The notes under the pieces are model-generated. The model saw only the letters and a program-made list of their open reading frames with translations. It had not been told where the DNA came from and did no database searches. A DNA stretch of 63,994 nucleotides from NCBI GenBank assembly GCA_000388065.2, contig KB932209.1. The stretch is one strand, 5' to 3'. This DNA is from Fonticula alba ATCC 38817 (taxonomy: Eukaryota; Protista; Nucleariida). The position numbers were made by a program, and so were the translations under genes. Below are positions 57,118 through 63,994 of this stretch, piece by piece. How positions within the stretch are numbered: position 1 is the first letter of the stretch; the number at the start of each line of letters is the position of its first letter.

Positions 57118-59829
57118 CGCAGACGGGGGAAAGGGGGCAACAGAAACAGGAGGCAATCGAAAGAGAGATGGAGAAGGGGGAGGGAGCCACAGAAAAGAAG
57201 GGGAGGGGGGGGGCGGATGGTGGATGCAGGGCGAGGCCGGTAACCTTCGGGGAGGTGCGACATAATTGGCCTCCTCTCCCCGCACCGGCGGGGAGTCGTG
57301 CCAGTCTGCCCTGCCGCCCCCTCCGTGTCCTCCTGGCCCCATTGCTCTCCCCCCTTCCGCCCTGAATGTGCCGTTTTCTCTGCTCGCCAGTCGGAGAAAG
57401 ATCGCGCCTCCCCCCCCCCCCCCGCCCGACCGACGCAATCGATCACCTCGAAGCCGCCACGCCGCTGGGTGGCGTCGATATTGCGTCGGCACCAGTGGCG
57501 GCGTTCTCTTGACCCGCCCCTCTTCGGACGGAGCGGCAGGACGGGAGGGGCCTGGCCTGCTTCCTTCCCGCCCCCCGAGCCCCATGGATCTCGGCTCCCA
57601 TCGGCATTGGAGTCAGGTGACAAGAGGGAGCCAGCATGTGGGCCCCCTTTCAGGCCGATGGACGCGCTGCATCTAATTCCGCCGCAGGGCCAGCCTCCCG
57701 GCCGGAAACGCAAGGTGGCGGACACGCCATAAAATCACCGACACTCGTCCGCCCTCGCGCCCGTCCCGGCCCCCCCTGAGGCTGCCGGCCTGGACGCGCG
57801 AGGACCCGCCTGATATGAGCACGTGCTCTACTGCCGACGCTTCGGTACTGCCTAGCCCGGGAGCGCCGCGCACGCCCATGCCTTGGCGGGTGGTGCCCTG
57901 CCTCGTCTCGATCTTCAATGCATTTCCGGCAAATGTGCGCGCCCCTTTGTTTTTCCCGTGCCGCCCCCGGCCGGCGCGGATACGCCGCAAGCCGATCAAA
58001 AGTAGAGGGATCTCACGGGCGGGTCTTGTGCCGCCCTTGTCGGGATTGTACGAGAGAGAGAGAGAGAGAGAGATATGCCGGAAATCCAGACCATAACCAT
58101 AACCGTCGGCCGAGGCAGAGGGCGCGGTCCAGCCACGGAATCCGTGGTCGCCAAGTACAGCGCGGGCGAGTTAGGTAACTCGACCCAGGGAGGAACAGGC
58201 GGGCAAGCAGGCACCCTTGAACGAGGAAAAGGGATGCCAAGGGGGGGACCGTGGAAGTGGGGCTCCGGCTATCCTATCGCCGGAGCCCCGACAGCTGCCC
58301 TCTTGTCCCTGGCCACAGGCCAGGAACAGGGACCTGGGAAGCGGGTTGGCGCGTCGGCATGCTTGCCTCCTCCTCCTCCTCGTCCTACTCCTCGCCGCTC
58401 CGACATGGTCCGGGCGTGAGAGGGGCCCGATCGATGGCCGGGGCCCACTCCCGGTGGGAATGCTATTGTTGTTATTCCTGATGATCTGGACACGTGCCCC
58501 TTTAACCCAAAGGCCCCTCCCTGAAGGCAAGAGGATATGCCTCAAGCCTCGACGAGTGTCTCCGGCCATTGGTGATTAAGGTCCTTGCAAATAAAAAAGG
58601 CCAAAAATCCGGAACTTGGGAATACATTCGAGGGCATGCGCGAGGGCCGACGCTTTTCGCGGAGCCAACTTTGTCGCCTTCGCCGGCTATCGGAGCCTGC
58701 CTTATGGAAACCAGAGCATCCACCCTCCCCCCCCTCCCTTGGCGGACGGTGGCCGTTCTCCGCGCATGGGTCAGACTGCCTGGGGGTGCCCCGCCCGAGC
58801 GAGAAGCGGTGGGCCTGTTGTCGCGCCCGGGCCTTTGTTGATATCCCCTCCTGCCCTGGTGTGATGGCTTGGGAGCTGGATCCTCTTTCAGCGCCCCTCC
58901 TGGGATGGGGGACGATGTTGCATGTGCCAATGCCGATGGTGGTGCCGGTGCCGGTGCCGGTGCCGATGCCGTGCCCGGCCCGGCCCGGCCCCGGGAGAGA
59001 TACCATCACCCGGGCTCAAGTGAGAGGGGGGGAGGGTGCCTTCCCCTCTTGAGTATCCTCAAGAGGCAAGGACGAATGCCTCTCGAATAGCCTGGTCGTT
59101 CCTTGGGCATACTTCGGCCCTGGGAGAGTGGTCGGGCCGGCTTCGGATGGACGCGTGTGTTATTGCCCGAGGGTTGCCTTCGTCCGACCTCCGGCGTGCC
59201 GGGGTGTTATGATTTCCCCAGCTAGTTCCGGTTGTGCTCCGATAAATTGGCCGTCACATTCTCCCGGCGTCTGTGTGGGGCCTCCCCCGCCTGGGACATG
59301 TCGCATCTCCGGGGGAGCGCTTCGTACATGGCTGTACCGTCGCCCTGCCCCCCCCCCACGTGGGGGAAACCGAACACTAGTGTCCCACCTATTCATCGGC
59401 CACCGCTCAACAGTCGCGATGTCCCCCCCCCCCCCCCGGTCGGTTTGCGCGAGCATGGAATCGGCGCCGGGGCACCTGCCGGGTGAGGGCCTCTTTCGGT
59501 CTCTGAGTGTGTTCAAGCAGCACCAAGTCTGGACAGCCAATCGACCTGGACTTCGGCCCGCATGCTGGGCGGGAAATTCCCGCTCGAAACGCCGGATCGA
59601 CCGGCGCGCCGCCGCACCCTCCGACGCCCCCTCCGGCATGGATCACGGCCCTGAGGGCTCCTCCAGCATCGGGGTATCGCCGGGTACCGGAGGGCCTGAC
59701 AAGCGAAAGCGTGCCCGGGTGTGCCGGGCGCCCTGGCGCCTGACCTGACACAAGGGAGCTTGGTGGCCGGGTCTCCTCGGTCCCCTCGGATGAGTCAGCG
59801 GAAACCGATCGATCAGAGCCCGGGGAGAT

Positions 59830-59863
<34 letters not shown>

Positions 59864-60281
59864 NNNNNNNNNNNNNNNNNNNNNNNNNNNNNNNNNNNNN
59901 NNNNNNNNNNNNNNNNNNNNNNNNNNNNNNNNNCCCCCTACCACGGCCCCTTTCAGACTCCCTCCGGCGAATAGGCCACCCTTGGCACAGGTAGAGCGAC
60001 CCAGGGCCGGCGGCGTCTCTCGGGCGGGCTGCCATCTTTCCCGCTGGCCCCTCCCCCCCGGCGTCGTCGTGTGCACAGACGTCACCAGGACCGGACACCT
60101 CACACCTTCCTGCGGGAGGACGAAAAGGCGGGCCCCCGTGAGGCTGGCAAGCCGATGGACCCTGGTCAGTAATGTCCTGCCCTCGTCCCTCGTCCCTCGT
60201 CCCTCGTCCCTCTCCTCCTCCAGCGCTCCCCTCCTGACCCCGCTGCCCGAGCCTTCGCCCCTTGTCTTTCCTCGCCGAATC

Positions 60282-63200
60282 ATGGGCACGCAGCCTGTTG
60301 TAGCATGGCGCCGAGGCCGGGCACCTTCGGGGCACCGCTGCTCCCTGCTGCTGGCGCGCCTGGCTCTGGCTGTGTTGCTGGGATCCCTACTCGGCATCGC
60401 GCATGGGGAGGATGCATACTTGCATGCGGCATCGTACCCCGTTATGCCGTACAGCCGACCACTGGTCTACTCGGTGCCAGCCAGCCACCCCTCCACCGCC
60501 AGCGAGCACAGCAGTACGAAGTACATCCAAACCCGGATCCAGTCGGATACATTGAGCAGCCTGGCCGAGATTCGTTGGGGAGCCTTTTTCGGCAGTTCCC
60601 CATATGGCCTCCATGGCTCGTTCCCTGGTGCAACGGTTCCCGAAAACTTCATGTACCTGACCAGGGATCTGGCCACCAGCCCGCTCGTCGTGTGGCACAG
60701 CCGGAGCATGGTGGGCTTCTTCGACTCGAGCATCGCCCATCCACTTCCAGACGGGAACACCGAGCTCCTTGCCGGGTTGGCCTTCGGACAATCCCAGGCC
60801 GACTTGCTCGGCCTCACCGGCACCCCGGGCCAAGTTCGAACCATCTTCCTGGCCAGCATGGATGCCGACGACCTGGAAATATCGGAGGTCAGCCTGCCTC
60901 CCGTGGGGCCGGGGCCCAGCGTGGCCGCGGCCGGGGTCGGTCGGTCCTTCTATCTGGCCCATGACGACCACGTCATGTACCTGTCCGTGGACAATCCGGA
61001 CGCCTCTGTCTCCGTGAATATCGGAAGTCCAGTGAACGCTTTGCAGATCGCGGCCACGCGCCTTTTCCCCCCCACTAGCGGGTGTTCGGATTTCGCGGAC
61101 ATACTTCTGCTCCTGGATGACCAGGTGATGGTATTCTCCTGCTTCCATGGCCAGTCCGCCGGAAGGGCATCCAGTGCTTGGCCCGTGGGGGCGCCCTCGG
61201 CCGGGGCGCGGCTCTTGGTCGCACCGGTGGCCGCCATGCATGACAGCACCACGCCCTTCTACTTGGTCCTGCCCGGGGCTGCTTCCTCCCGAGATCGTCT
61301 ATGGATGGCGGTTGCCGATGGGGAGGATCTCTCCTGGCGGCGAGTGGTCCTACCACCGAGCATTTCGGACCTCGGTGACCTGCAGCTGGTTCGCTTGCGA
61401 ACCACCGACACCGGGCCCGGTCGGTGGACGCTGCTGTCCAAGAACACCGCCCTCTTCGGATCGCAGGACTTCGCTTGCGAAAGCGATGACAGTGTCCAGT
61501 GTGACGGGCCTAGCTCGTCCTCCGGGTCGGTGACAGGATGGGCCTGTGTCGCTGGCCGTGCCAGGTCTGCCTCCGTGTCGCCTGGTCGTCTCTGCGCCGG
61601 ATGCGCGGACGGCTGGTACCTCAGTCGGCAAGCTGGTATGCGTGGTTGTCCCTTCTTCGGTGGCCCGACCTGGCCGCCGGTCGCCGGTATCCTGATGTGC
61701 CCGCAGCGATGACTGACCCCGTGCATGCCCTGTGCTCCCCCCCCCCCCCGGTGGCCGGATTGCCTCGCCTGCCAGATGAAGTGCCCTTCTCCCAGCCGAG
61801 CCATGCTTGTACCCAGTGCCCCTTCGCCAATTGTCGGACCTGTGTGCCCAACGACTGTTATGTGTGCAACCAGGGCTTCCTGCTGGAAAGGAGCGGCTCA
61901 AATGGCTCCACCATCTGTGTGGCCACCTGCTCGGCCGGGTACACGCAAGTGGCCGACACCTGCCAGCCGGTTGGGCAATCGCCGCCGGCCCTGGCACCAT
62001 CCACGGCGGAGCTAGAGATCCTGCCCAGCTTGAATCCGACGGACCGAGTCACCTGCGCCAAGCAAACGTGGCTAGCGATTGATGAGACCTCCGGGCGGCT
62101 GAAAGTCCCCGCTCCCGGTCTTGCGACCACCGGCAGTGGTATGCTCCTCTTCACGAAGGAGAAGAAGATCTACTTCATGTTGGCCGAGGACATTGGCCAG
62201 GAATTGAAGCCCTCCCTGCGCGAGGTGGACGGCTTGGAGTCCGTCCCCTCGGCCGACGTGGTGGACTTCGCCGAGGCCGGGCCCTTTGTCCACAACAACC
62301 GGCTGCTGTATTTGCTGGTCTTCTGCCTGGACAATCGGGACACCTATAGCAGTTGGCTGTCATGCGAGGGGCCGGACAGCTGCATTGCCACTGCCACCAG
62401 CCCGGTCAAGGCTAATATCGCGGGCTGCCTCGGCGCCGAGCGCCTCGATGGAGAGCTTATTCTTTTACGGCGTAATAACTGGCTTCTGACGCTGATCAGT
62501 CCCATTCCATCTACTCAATCAGTGGGGTTTGTGCTCCTCAGTGGCAGCACGGGCATGGTCAGCTTGCCGGGGCCCGTGTTGCCGGGGCTTTCGGTCCCGA
62601 CTTTGGACAGGTGGCTGTTCTCGGCTAGCAGCGATGGCCATGCCATGGCCGCTCGACGTGAGCTCATCCTCGCGGCCGACTCGCGAAGGCAGATGCTCGC
62701 GGGGCAGTTCCTTTCCGGCTCGTCGGACGCCGATGGGGCATTCGTCCCGGTGGCCATGCATCGCAATGCATACACCATGGAGGAGGTGGTCTTTTGCAAG
62801 TTGCTCGGCACCGAGTGGGTGGTCCTGCATCCCCCGGGGAATATGCTGCCCGCTGGCCGGTCTTTGGACCTGCCCACCCGGCGGCTGGTCCTCGGGGTCC
62901 TGCCCAAGATGTTGGAAATCCCCCCGAGTCAACATGTGAATGTCCTCTTCCAGGGGATTCTCCTGCCAGATGCCGGGACCGAGTATCCAAGCGCGCTGAT
63001 CCTGCTGACGGGCACCTTCCTCGGGGTGTCGCTGTACCATTGCCCACAGGGGGAGTTCCGGACGTGTAACCTCCAGCCGGCGGTCTTTATGCCGCTGCCG
63101 GAAAGCCTGCGAGTTCTGACCCAGAGTCGAACCTGGACGTCGGTGATCGTCCGGTCTCCCGGCACCTCGGGCTCCATGCCCGAGATGCCTCTCCTGCAGG

Positions 63201-63994
63201 GGTACAACTTGCGGTTCTTGTCCTCCTCGCCGACCGTCGGGGCGGTGGTCTTTTCCCTGGTGCTGGCCTGTCCCGAGGGGACTTGGCCCAATGCCGAGGA
63301 CCATGTGTGTCAAGCCTGCGCGGCTGACTGTGCCACTTGCGTCTCCGCCGTCGGGTGTGCCACTTGTCGCACGGACTCCTATCTGGGCGCCGACCAGTCC
63401 TGCCACGCATGTCATATTTCCTGTGCTCGATGTGAAGATGCCGGCAGTTGTGTCGCATGTCGGCCGGGGCTGGTGTTCCTCGGGACCGATGTGCAGGTGC
63501 CGTCCCTGTGCGGGGGGGCCTGCCTGCCGGGCCAGTACATCGGTGCTGGCCGGTGCGCCGAGTGCGACGCCAGCTGCGAGCTGTGTGCCGGGAGCGCGGC
63601 CGCCTGCCAGGTGTGCGCCGATGGCTTCCGCTGGGCCAGCCGGCCGGCGCCCGGGGCCACCGGGACATGCGTGCCCTGCGCGTCGGGCTGTGCCTCCTGC
63701 ACGGCAGACAAATGCCTGGCCTGCGAGGCGGGCCTCTTCCTGGCATCGGACGGGACATGTGTGAGCACGTGCCCGGCCGGGGCCTGGCCCAATGGGGAGT
63801 CCTGCCAGCCGTGCGACATCTCGTGTGCCACCTGCACCGGCGGCGGCGGGGCCGACCAGTGCACCGGCTGTGGGGTGGGCTTGGACTTCGTCGAGAGCGC
63901 CCCCGGCGTCGGGGCATGTGTTTCCGGCTGCGACGAAGGCCAGTACCGGGACCCGGACGGGCTGACTTGCCTGCCGTGCGACGCGGCCTGTGCC
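60282..63994 (+). CDS. Secreted or cell-surface cysteine-rich protein with furin-like (growth-factor-receptor) repeats; 3' end beyond the window, possibly a receptor kinase ectodomain
   Basis: Exon 60282-61635 has a signal-peptide-like LLLARLALAVLLGSLLGIAHG. Exon 61776-63994 is open to the window end with many CxxCxxxCxxC and CPxGxY/W units (e.g. CVSTCPAGAWPNGESCQPCDISCATCTG). This second exon is absent from the ORF track because it has no stop in the window. Confidence 0.88.

Noticed and set aside
1-63994. CRISPR arrays, rRNA, tRNA, telomeric repeats and intact transposons
   Set aside because: None recognised. All repeats are contiguous micro- or minisatellites without spacers, and no RT, integrase or transposase motifs were seen. 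tRNAscan-SE and Infernal were not run, so small RNAs such as intronic snoRNAs may be missed.

Overview
GC-rich, intron-containing eukaryotic genomic DNA from a draft assembly. N-gaps sit mostly at poly-G/poly-C runs, and microsatellites are abundant. Gene content and style suggest a unicellular opisthokont resembling Fonticula alba (inference, not verified). By splicing exons by hand I can support about 15 protein-coding genes: a huge low-complexity protein, a COA1-like protein, a heliorhodopsin-family protein, coronin, a protein with ten CCHC zinc-finger repeats, a J-domain+PPR protein, a COMM-domain protein, TFB5, SNU13, RNPS1, ChaC, a bHLH-zipper factor, PUS3, TAM41, an R3H/G-patch protein, and the 5' part of a secreted furin-repeat receptor-like protein. 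I recognised no rRNA, tRNA, CRISPR array or intact mobile element. Four observations stand out. (1) The heliorhodopsin homolog has Leu in place of the retinal-binding Lys and has also lost the counterion. (2) An intronless 850-aa protein carries ten exact C-x2-C-x2-H-x5-C knuckles, nine preceded by Arg at -6 like Ty3/Gypsy Gag knuckles but with non-canonical spacing. (3) A putative mitochondrial DnaJ-PPR fusion is present. (4) The 5' splice sites are dominated by C at +4. All family assignments come from motif recognition from memory; no database search was run.
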